Source: a virus | Taxonomy: Duplodnaviria > Caudoviricetes | IMG/VR virus record: IMGVR_UViG_3300034170_000057 | Length of the DNA: 64,000 bases | Strand: one strand, 5' to 3' | In this document: piece after piece, positions 56,368 to 64,000 of the stretch | Layout of the letters: the number at the start of each line of letters is the position of its first letter | How positions within the stretch are numbered: the first letter of the stretch is position 1 | Notes under the pieces: generated by a model | Database searches by the model: none | What the model was told of the DNA's origin: nothing | What the model saw: only the letters and a program-made list of their open reading frames with translations | Translations under genes and position numbers: made by a program

Positions 56368-58371
56368 ATGAGTGATTTTACCCAGTTCGGTAAAGCCGTA
56401 CACAACGCGTTCAACACCATGCTCGCCAAAGATAACGGCAAGAAAAACAACGTGTTTGTCGTGGCTGCAACCGGTGATGAATTGTGGGCGCATTACCTTG
56501 CGTCATTCCCTGAAGGCACCAACCCGATTTTCCGCACGCGCACTGAATACGATTGTTCGTGCTGCAAAAACTTTATCCGGAATATCGGCGGTGTAGTTTT
56601 CATGCAGGGCGGCGTTCGCCAGTCTGTGTGGGATATCGTTATCGAAGACGAACTGTTCCAGACCATCGCGGATTCCATGGCGAAGTTCGTAAAGAAATTG
56701 CCAATCGCACACCATTTCATCGTCAGCGAACCAGCCTACGGCGCTGAGACAACCAACACCAACGGCGAGAAGTGGCACCACTTCCACGCCAAGGTGCCTG
56801 CAATTTTCCTGTGGAAGCACAACGAAAGTAACTACGTCGGCGTGCGCCAAAACAACGTCGATGGTCTGAAGCGTTCCATCAAAGAAATTTCCGATGAATC
56901 CATCGAACAAGTTAGCGACTTGATTGATCAGGATTCGCTGTACAAGGGAGCGGAGTTCAAGTGGGCTATTGACCTGCTGCGCAAACTGAAACGTCAGTAC
57001 GCCGCACTGAAAACCAAAGCGAAGCGTGAATCGTTTTTGTGGGAAAACGCAACGGACCACACAAACATTCGTGGCAACGTGCTGGGTACGCTGCTGATTG
57101 ACCTGACAAAGGGCAAAGACCTCGAAGAAGCCGTGAAGGCATTCGAATTTAAAACCGCTGGCCCGAACTACAAGCGTTCGAAAGCACTGGTCAGCCAACG
57201 CATGATCGACGAAGCACAAAAGACAGTTGAAAAACTGGGCCTCGACGATTCGCTGTCACGTCGTTACGCAGTGCGTGAAGACATTTCGGTAAACGATGTT
57301 TTGTTTGTCGATGGTTCCGTGAAAAAGCAACTGCTGGGCGGCGCGTTCGACAGCATCAAGCCGACCAAGAAAGCGGCGGTGCCAGAACTGAAAGAAGTCG
57401 AAGAAATCAATTACAAAGATTTCCTCAAAAAGGTTCTGCCAAAAGCCGATACGCTCGAAGTGTTCTTGACCAATGAACACATGTCGAATTTCGTCAGCCT
57501 GATTGCGCCGGTACACGCCGATGCAAAACCGCTGCTGAAATGGGACAACGCATTTTCGTGGTCATACGACGGTGAAGTTACCGATTCGATCCGTGAGCGC
57601 GTGAAGAAAGCCGGTGGTAAAGTTGACGGTGATATTCGCGTGTCGCTTTCGTGGCACAACGCGGACGACCTCGACCTGCACATGACCAATGGCCGGGAAG
57701 AGATTTACTATCACAGCCGTAGCCACTTCGGCGCCACGCTCGACGTGGACATGAACGGCATGGACAAACGCGACGATGTGGCCCCGGTGGAAAACATCGT
57801 GTGGTCCAACAAAGCCAATGCGAAACCGGGCCGTTACGAAATTGTTGTGCATAATTACAGCAAGCGTTCCACGGCAAACGTCGGCTTCGAAGTTGAAGTC
57901 GAAGTGCTGGGCAAAATGTACAGCTACGCACACCCTACCGACCTTCGCGGTCAAGGTCGTATCACGGTTGGTTTTATCGTCGTTGCAAAAGACGGTGCAA
58001 TTACCGTGGAAGGCCTGAAGTTCGGCGGTTCGTCGAGTGAGAAATGGGGCGTGAAATCCGAAGAGTGGATTCCGGTCGATCTGATCACGAAGTCTCCGAA
58101 CTTCTGGAATGATCAAACCGTAGGCCATGAGCATATTTTCCTGATGCTCAAAGGCTGCGCAAACGAAGAGGGCACACGCGGTTTCTACAACGAATACCTG
58201 CGTGACGAACTGCACCCGCACCGTAAAGTTTTCGAAGTCGTTTCTTCGCAAATGAAAGTGCCGTACAGCGCTGATCAATTGAGCGGCCTTGGCTTCTCGA
58301 CTTCCAAGCGTGCCGAAATTCTGGTGCGTGTGAAAGGTGCAATCAATCGCGTTCTGAACGTTAAGTTCTAA
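56368..58371 (+). CDS. large phage protein with CSCC motif and YfaP/DUF2135-like domain
   Basis: YDCSCCKNFIRNIG; GDIRVSLSWHNADDLDLHM...LDVDMN...PVENIVW...GRYEIVVHNYS. Confidence 0.75.
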   Translation: MSDFTQFGKAVHNAFNTMLAKDNGKKNNVFVVAATGDELWAHYLASFPEGTNPIFRTRTEYDCSCCKNFIRNIGGVVFMQGGVRQSVWDIVIEDELFQTIADSMAKFVKKLPIAHHFIVSEPAYGAETTNTNGEKWHHFHAKVPAIFLWKHNESNYVGVRQNNVDGLKRSIKEISDESIEQVSDLIDQDSLYKGAEFKWAIDLLRKLKRQYAALKTKAKRESFLWENATDHTNIRGNVLGTLLIDLTKGKDLEEAVKAFEFKTAGPNYKRSKALVSQRMIDEAQKTVEKLGLDDSLSRRYAVREDISVNDVLFVDGSVKKQLLGGAFDSIKPTKKAAVPELKEVEEINYKDFLKKVLPKADTLEVFLTNEHMSNFVSLIAPVHADAKPLLKWDNAFSWSYDGEVTDSIRERVKKAGGKVDGDIRVSLSWHNADDLDLHMTNGREEIYYHSRSHFGATLDVDMNGMDKRDDVAPVENIVWSNKANAKPGRYEIVVHNYSKRSTANVGFEVEVEVLGKMYSYAHPTDLRGQGRITVGFIVVAKDGAITVEGLKFGGSSSEKWGVKSEEWIPVDLITKSPNFWNDQTVGHEHIFLMLKGCANEEGTRGFYNEYLRDELHPHRKVFEVVSSQMKVPYSADQLSGLGFSTSKRAEILVRVKGAINRVLNVKF

Positions 58372-58413
58372 TCGCAATCCAAACGCAAATTCCTGCAAAA
58401 AAGAGAGAAAGTT

Positions 58414-58839
58414 ATGACTGAAGTTACTGCAAACATTTTCGAACAAGCCGCTCGCTACAAACTGCGTTTCCCTACTGATATCGGTAGCCTGACGGTTGAA
58501 CAGGTATGGGAACTGCCGCTGGAAGCCAAGGCCGGTAAACTGAGCCTCGACTTGATCGCCATCGACCTGCACGAGCAGCTGGAAAAGGTCAAAACCAAGA
58601 GCTTCGTTTCGGGCTCGAAAAAAGATCCGATCACTCAACTGCAATTCGATATCGTGAAGCACATCATCGACACCCGTATCGCTGAAAACAAAGCGAAAAC
58701 CGAATCGAAAAAACGCGAAAGCGAAATCGCGAAAATCACCGACACTCTCGCCAAGAAGAAAGACGAAGCGCTGGATGGTCTGTCGGTTGAAGCGCTGGAA
58801 GCACGCCTGCTGGAACTGAAAGGCGGCGCTGCGCAGTAA
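58414..58839 (+). CDS. small coiled-coil partner of the upstream gene
   Basis: NIFEQAARYKLRFPT..G.LTVEQVWELPL; charged helical tail. Confidence 0.75.
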   Translation: MTEVTANIFEQAARYKLRFPTDIGSLTVEQVWELPLEAKAGKLSLDLIAIDLHEQLEKVKTKSFVSGSKKDPITQLQFDIVKHIIDTRIAENKAKTESKKRESEIAKITDTLAKKKDEALDGLSVEALEARLLELKGGAAQ

Positions 58840-58901
58840 GCCCCAAACAGTTTGCACGTTCTGTTCAAAAACGTGCCACCTAATTCTGTAAGGATTCCGA
58901 C

Positions 58902-59204
58902 ATGGCACGCATAGCAAATCACGTTATGGCTGCGTCGAAAGAAATCGAAAAACTTTCTTTCGAATTGAAGAAAGGTAATCGGCTTTTAACCACCAGTGAA
59001 ATTAAAGCGCTGGACGTGCTGACTCACGAAGTTTACGCGTTGCGTGACAACCTCATAAAGGCGCTGCGTGGGCAAGGTATGCCTGTAAAAGATATCGCTG
59101 CAATTTTCGATGTATCTCCGGCCCGTATAAGCCAGCTGACTTCAGTCAAGCGAACCAAACCACGGGTGCCGGATATTATTCCAAGAGGTGACAATGAAAC
59201 TTGA
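58902..59204 (+). CDS. HTH (sigma region-4-like) protein
   Basis: LRGQGMPVKDIAAIFDVSPARISQL. Confidence 0.7.
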   Translation: MARIANHVMAASKEIEKLSFELKKGNRLLTTSEIKALDVLTHEVYALRDNLIKALRGQGMPVKDIAAIFDVSPARISQLTSVKRTKPRVPDIIPRGDNET

Positions 59205-59664
59205 TTGGGATGCGATCATGAAACGTATGCCGATTTACGCATACGAATATGAGGCGGTCGGCCTCAACGTGATGACGCCTAGCATTGATTACTGGCGCCC
59301 ACACGAACACCCGCCGCACCACATGCCACCGCGTGGCTGGACGGGTATCGACTACGACCTGAGCTACGATAACCTGTGCAAGGCACTCGACGGCTGGTTG
59401 AAAGAGGATTTCAATCCAAACGAAAAAGTGGTGTTGCTGGATATCGACACCGGCCATTTTTCTAACACGTTTCTTTACCGCGACAATTTGGATTCTACGC
59501 TGAAAGAAATCGCGGCGTTGAAGGCAGGCAACATCGAGGAAGTTGGGCAGCTAACGAAGAACTGGAAGTTTATCGTCTACCGGTGTGAATCTGATCCAGA
59601 TTTCGAGTTTACGCACATGATGAAAATCGTGACGAAAACCAAAGCAGAGCGAAAAGGCAAATGA
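59194..59664 (+). CDS. hypothetical protein
   Basis: GAGG RBS. Confidence 0.7.
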   Translation: MKLDWDAIMKRMPIYAYEYEAVGLNVMTPSIDYWRPHEHPPHHMPPRGWTGIDYDLSYDNLCKALDGWLKEDFNPNEKVVLLDIDTGHFSNTFLYRDNLDSTLKEIAALKAGNIEEVGQLTKNWKFIVYRCESDPDFEFTHMMKIVTKTKAERKGK

Positions 59665-60152
59665 CCGAACGCGGTGACACTATCAAATTGAGCCGGGCCA
59701 AAAAGATACTGGCTCCATACAAAAACGTGCCGGAAATCTGCAAGGTTTTCGAAGCGACTTTCAAAGACAATTTCATCATCGTGTTTTTCATTGAAGGTTT
59801 GACCCTCACGTTGACCGATTCAAAGGGCCTGCGCCTTAGTTACTCGCTCGCAGACGCCTACGACGTGCTATGTGATATAGGCATTCGTTCGTTCGTCGTT
59901 GTGCGGCAACCTGAGCCGCTGGAACCACGACCGGGCGCACGTCAGGAAGACGAACCGATTGATCCACCGCATCCGCCCGACCGCCCGACGTTTGAAGACC
60001 TAGATAAACTGGAAGCGTCCGTGATTCGTTTGGCTGCTACAGCGGGCCTAACCATTATGGAAATGGCGCAGGCGATGCGCAGCACCACTAGCCACGTTGG
60101 CAACATGCTGGAATTGAAATACCCACCACGCAATCCACCGAAGGGCCGGTAA
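59661..60152 (+). CDS. hypothetical protein, possible C-terminal HTH
   Basis: GLTIMEMAQAMRSTTSHVGNML. Confidence 0.6.
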   Translation: MTERGDTIKLSRAKKILAPYKNVPEICKVFEATFKDNFIIVFFIEGLTLTLTDSKGLRLSYSLADAYDVLCDIGIRSFVVVRQPEPLEPRPGARQEDEPIDPPHPPDRPTFEDLDKLEASVIRLAATAGLTIMEMAQAMRSTTSHVGNMLELKYPPRNPPKGR

Positions 60153-60538
60153 TGGCAATCAAAAATAAAGTGACGGTCATACAGCGGCTGAAGTGGCGAC
60201 CAATCGGATACCCTATGCATTTTTGCAGCCGCCACAAATGTTCGTTTCGGTTGGGTACTCTGATGGAACGCAAAATCATTGTGTCTACCCTCGGCCATTA
60301 CCTGCCAGAAGACGGCAAGCCTATGCAGCCTTTGGGCGGCCACGGCCCGGACGAAGTTCCGGATAGCTTTTTCGAAACGTTCGTTTTTACCGTGTCCCAT
60401 TTTCTGGATGATGGAACGCCGATCATTGGTGAACAGCTGGACGCAAGTCGTTGCAGCACAGCAAAAGTCGCGTACAAACTTCACGACGAAATGTGCGTGA
60501 AATTCCAACTCGAATTGAACATGGGAATGCACCGATGA
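60152..60538 (+). CDS. hypothetical protein
   Basis: 128 aa. Confidence 0.65.
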   Translation: MAIKNKVTVIQRLKWRPIGYPMHFCSRHKCSFRLGTLMERKIIVSTLGHYLPEDGKPMQPLGGHGPDEVPDSFFETFVFTVSHFLDDGTPIIGEQLDASRCSTAKVAYKLHDEMCVKFQLELNMGMHR

Positions 60539-60804
60539 TTCATCCATCGAAAGGCGACCACGCAAATCATCCGGGCCACGGCAACGGTAATTGCCCACTG
60601 CGCACGCAAGTGAACGCACACATTTACGGCACCAGCAGCAACGGTTACGGGTGTTCGTGGACTGGCGGGCACTGCGTCAAATCGGATGCATGCGAAACCC
60701 GTGTGCAGCAGCACGAAGCCGAGGCACCTGACCGCGAACGCCAGCGCGTGTTGGATAACCTGTATTCCAAAAAAGCATTCCGTCGTAAGGGGAAGGTACA
60801 GTGA
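60535..60804 (+). CDS. small Cys/His-rich protein
   Basis: ATGA coupling. Confidence 0.55.
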   Translation: MIHPSKGDHANHPGHGNGNCPLRTQVNAHIYGTSSNGYGCSWTGGHCVKSDACETRVQQHEAEAPDRERQRVLDNLYSKKAFRRKGKVQ

Positions 60805-60910
60805 ACTCTACAGTCGTCGCCGTAATCACCACGTGGCCCGGTGCATTCACAGTTGTGGGTGTGTCATTCGCCATCGCATTTGCAATTGTTTTCGCCATGA
60901 GGGAAATGTA

Positions 60911-61108
60911 ATGCTTACTCAAGTTTTCCTGAAATACCGTGACAGTAAAAACCACGATGTTCGCACCACTGTGATTGCGGAATCGTTGCCACTGGTCCCC
61001 GTCGATGTTTCTGCAATGCTGATTTTGGCGGCGAACCGGATTGAAGAACGTATCGCGGAAGGTACGCTTTCCAACGATGACATTTTCGAAGTAATTGTGC
61101 GTACCTGA
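60911..61108 (+). CDS. hypothetical protein
   Basis: GAGGG RBS. Confidence 0.55.
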   Translation: MLTQVFLKYRDSKNHDVRTTVIAESLPLVPVDVSAMLILAANRIEERIAEGTLSNDDIFEVIVRT

Positions 61109-61126
61109 GAACAAGTGAGGTAGTCG

Positions 61127-61327
61127 ATGGAAGTGGAGGATGATATTCCATTTGCACCAGCCGAGCCGTTGACAGCGGAACAGCTAGAAATAATTGCTGC
61201 GATTAAATGCCAGACCTGTAGCGACCACGGATTCATCGGCGGTTTAGTTCCGTGGGGCGATGGTCAGGTAGATAGCGTTTGTGAACCGTGCCCTGACTGC
61301 AATATGGAAGACTTGAAAAATGCGTGA
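61127..61327 (+). CDS. small acidic Zn-finger protein (DnaJ-type CxxC)
   Basis: CQTCSDHG...CEPCPDC. Confidence 0.6.
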   Translation: MEVEDDIPFAPAEPLTAEQLEIIAAIKCQTCSDHGFIGGLVPWGDGQVDSVCEPCPDCNMEDLKNA

Positions 61328-61589
61328 ATATTCTAACATACGTCGTGAAGACGAAGGCCATCGTTTCTTCCCTGAAGTGGGTTGCAACCTTAACGATTTT
61401 ATCCGCGAAGTTCTGCACTTGATGCAGCACCGAAACTTCCCGATCCAGCCGTTTAAAGCGGTGTGCGTTTTCTGTGAAACTTCGACGTTCGAAATTGAAC
61501 TTGATCACCACGACGATGACGAATCCGCCATCCGAAAATACCGTGCGGAATTCGATGAAATTTGCCGCGCCTATGGAGACGACGTATGA
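61320..61589 (+). CDS. hypothetical protein
   Basis: 89 aa. Confidence 0.55.
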   Translation: MREYSNIRREDEGHRFFPEVGCNLNDFIREVLHLMQHRNFPIQPFKAVCVFCETSTFEIELDHHDDDESAIRKYRAEFDEICRAYGDDV

Positions 61590-62170
61590 GCCTGTCCAAA
61601 AAGCAACAGCAACTCGCATTCGAACTGGTGTGCGCCCATGACCACAAGCTGGCTACGGCGCTGCGCGAGGCCTTCACGGATTCCGACCGGTTGACCTATC
61701 TGGAAAAGCGCACGGCCCTTTCGTCTAGCGGCCTGTCGATCAATCCAAACATGTACCAGAAACCCCCGGCAAAAACATTCAGTTTTATGTGGCGCTTTGA
61801 ATGCACTGATCCGAAGCCGTCACTGCGTGCAGCAATCGACGACGCAGCGAAAAATTACCCGCTGCCAGATGTGGACGCGTGGGACGAAGACCACACAGAA
61901 GGCGAATCTGTATGCGGACGTTTGAACGATGCTGCATACGAAAAAATGGTACGTGAAATTCACGACATGGTTTCTTGCACCATCGGTAGCAAACAGTTCC
62001 AATCGACATTCGCAGACATGGGTGCCGACAATCTGGATATGGTCGATCTGACCCTGAGTATCGAACAGCATTTCGAACTCGAAATTCCTGATGCAGATGT
62101 GGACCTGTGGAAAACTACGCAGGACGTTATCAACTACGTGCAACGCCGTATATCCGAGGTGAAGAAATGA
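61586..62170 (+). CDS. protein with C-terminal acyl-carrier-protein-like domain lacking the Ppant serine
   Basis: DMGADNLDMVDLTLSIEQHFELEIPD...W.T.QDVINYV; Ser->Asn at 62030-62032. Confidence 0.85.
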   Translation: MSLSKKQQQLAFELVCAHDHKLATALREAFTDSDRLTYLEKRTALSSSGLSINPNMYQKPPAKTFSFMWRFECTDPKPSLRAAIDDAAKNYPLPDVDAWDEDHTEGESVCGRLNDAAYEKMVREIHDMVSCTIGSKQFQSTFADMGADNLDMVDLTLSIEQHFELEIPDADVDLWKTTQDVINYVQRRISEVKK

Positions 62171-62448
62171 CCGACACTACAACGCCAGAAGAAAAAACAA
62201 TTCAGTCTTTGTTCACAGCGGATGGACAACTGCGTCATAACACGGTGAAGGTTAACGGCTCGCCAATGCAGACGCCGCCCCTGCCCCTGTTCGACGCAGA
62301 CGGATTTGCATCTACTGCCATGCGTTCCGCAATTCGTAGCCGCATGATGTACAAGACGCCGCTGGCCCACACCGATTTGGCCCGGCTGTTTTATTCAATT
62401 GTGGCGCAGGAAACTTACGACGTTCCGGCAGGGAAAATGTACGGATGA
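62167..62448 (+). CDS. hypothetical protein
   Basis: GAGG RBS. Confidence 0.55.
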   Translation: MTDTTTPEEKTIQSLFTADGQLRHNTVKVNGSPMQTPPLPLFDADGFASTAMRSAIRSRMMYKTPLAHTDLARLFYSIVAQETYDVPAGKMYG

Positions 62449-62669
62449 ATTATTTCCGTTCGCTGTGGGCACGGCAAGGTGACTCACTGACATTGAGTTT
62501 TGTGATGTGCATCATGCCCCTTGTCGATTGGTTTCGTGGTCAGTGGAAGCTAGTATTTTTCGATAGCCCCGTGCTGTCGCTTGTTGGCTTCCTGATCGTT
62601 ACAACCCTTATCAGCTTTGCGACCTGCGCCAGTGTGCGTTGGTCCAACAGAAGGCGAAACAGAACATGA
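62445..62669 (+). CDS. small membrane protein
   Basis: Two hydrophobic segments. Confidence 0.5.
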   Translation: MNYFRSLWARQGDSLTLSFVMCIMPLVDWFRGQWKLVFFDSPVLSLVGFLIVTTLISFATCASVRWSNRRRNRT

Positions 62670-63205
62670 GCAAGAAAACTACCCTCGAAGACATTCTCGG
62701 CACGCCGGAAGATTACCAAGCAGCACAGGCCGCCAAGAAGAAAGAATTCGACGACTTGTGTGCAAGGTATCGTGGGAAACTTCTGCAAGAATCCCGTGCA
62801 AAATTCGAAAGCCAGCTTCTGGATAAAACCAAGCTGAACCCAAAAGGCTCTGACGATCCTGCGGTCGCCATGCAGTGGAACGGCTGGCAAGCGTGCATGG
62901 ATTTCAGTCCGCGCCTGAAATTCTTCAAGATGGAAATCGTGCTGCCTGCGGACGAAACCAGTCGCATGTGGGCACTGGATGAATTCAACTCGATGTTGCG
63001 CGCTTACATCGGCGCAATGTGCCGCACGTGGGCCGCTGGCTCTTCGCCCTATGACAGCCTGTTGAATGACGTGGAAAAATACATGGCACAGGCCCGCGTG
63101 ATTTTGCCTGAAAGTGAGTACAACAGTTTCCGCGTCGGTATCGTGAATCACGGTGGCCGGTCGGAACATTTGATGCAGCATTTGACGCGTAAGGAAACCG
63201 ACTGA
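62666..63205 (+). CDS. hypothetical protein
   Basis: 179 aa. Confidence 0.7.
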   Translation: MSKKTTLEDILGTPEDYQAAQAAKKKEFDDLCARYRGKLLQESRAKFESQLLDKTKLNPKGSDDPAVAMQWNGWQACMDFSPRLKFFKMEIVLPADETSRMWALDEFNSMLRAYIGAMCRTWAAGSSPYDSLLNDVEKYMAQARVILPESEYNSFRVGIVNHGGRSEHLMQHLTRKETD

Positions 63206-63969
63206 TGGCCGATAAAAAACTTTCCCCGATGGACGAACAGCTAGCAAAAGGCGCGTTCGAAATTGTGGATTTCATCAAAGGCGAACACGGTAAAAGCTGC
63301 TGGCTTAACCACACGCTGCTGGAAGGCACGCCCCGCGATGTTCTGGCCCGTGTGGTCGATGATCCGCTGTGGGATTCGACGCGTATGAAAATTACGCTGT
63401 TCCTGAATAGCGAACGCATTATTCACGAAGACTTCGAAAAGCTCATTTCGTACTTCGCGGATCGCATGTGCAAACAGAAACTACGGGCGGCCAACTTCGA
63501 AGACTTCGAAAAGGCTGTGCAGATTGCGGCCAAAGGTCTGCTATCGCGTAGTGCTGATTCGGTGCAGGAAAAGTTTTACGAACTCCAAACACAACTGCAA
63601 AATCTCACTGATCAAGCTAGTGCAATTGTGGAACGTGAGTGGGAGCGGCCTTTCCAGTATCAAATCACGGAAAAGATGGAACACGCGGCGCGCAATGCGA
63701 TGAATCGCTATTTCCCAACCGAACCTGAATTCGATTTCAAAGGCGACGAAGTGGAAGGCACCGCACCCGATTTTTACGGTGAAGCTGTCAAGGCCATTTT
63801 CCACGCCATGATTGCGGCCCGTGGTGAACCTGAATACAAAGTGAAATTGCCACTTACACATAGTGAGGGCACGGAATATACCTGCTTCGAAATTGCGACC
63901 CGGCGTAAAATGATGGACGAAGTTCGGGAAAGCCTGAGTGCGCAAGGTATCGCATTCGAACTTGCTTAA
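63205..63969 (+). CDS. hypothetical protein
   Basis: 254 aa, AAGGA RBS. Confidence 0.7.
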   Translation: MADKKLSPMDEQLAKGAFEIVDFIKGEHGKSCWLNHTLLEGTPRDVLARVVDDPLWDSTRMKITLFLNSERIIHEDFEKLISYFADRMCKQKLRAANFEDFEKAVQIAAKGLLSRSADSVQEKFYELQTQLQNLTDQASAIVEREWERPFQYQITEKMEHAARNAMNRYFPTEPEFDFKGDEVEGTAPDFYGEAVKAIFHAMIAARGEPEYKVKLPLTHSEGTEYTCFEIATRRKMMDEVRESLSAQGIAFELA

Positions 63970-64000
63970 TAGCCATGGGTGAAGTATGAACCTGCAAGAA

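Noticed and set aside
1-64000. tRNA, rRNA, CRISPR array, integrase, introns/inteins, stop-codon reassignment
   Set aside because: No T-loop/cloverleaf, regularly spaced repeat-spacer array, tyrosine/serine recombinase or splicing motifs seen by eye; genes tile well under the standard code. tRNAscan/Infernal were not run

Overview
This is a 64 kb fragment of a large contractile-tailed (myovirus-like, probably jumbo) dsDNA phage genome. It is about 50% G+C by eye, and essentially all credible genes are on the + strand. 1-12 kb is a tail morphogenesis module: sheath, two tube-like genes, two T4 gp26-like paralogues, a 1169 aa tape-measure-like protein with muramidase and M15 peptidase domains, and baseplate genes. 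It is followed by dCTP deaminase and about 100 mostly small accessory genes, including a stand-alone muramidase, a LytTR domain, a DenV-like glycosylase, a metallophosphoesterase, a SLOG-family protein, DUF1353, several HTH/RHH regulators and a KTSC/histone-like protein. A proteobacterial host is inferred from the sigma70 promoters and the Dcd type; taxonomy is not verified. The most notable observations are: (1) two unrelated proteins each carry an acyl-carrier-protein domain whose phosphopantetheine serine is replaced (DDL, DNL), suggesting ACP decoys; (2) a likely programmed -1 frameshift at A_AAA_AAG (15518-15524) followed by a stem-loop; (3) four families of repeated intergenic elements: six sigma70 promoter + RNA hairpin + CACTCAC-box leaders, three terminator-RBS cassettes, five G.U-containing hairpins and seven CTGTAAATA motifs. 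No tRNA, rRNA or CRISPR array was seen. All family assignments come from motif recognition by eye, not from database searches. Several start codons were moved from the supplied ORF track to RBS-supported positions.
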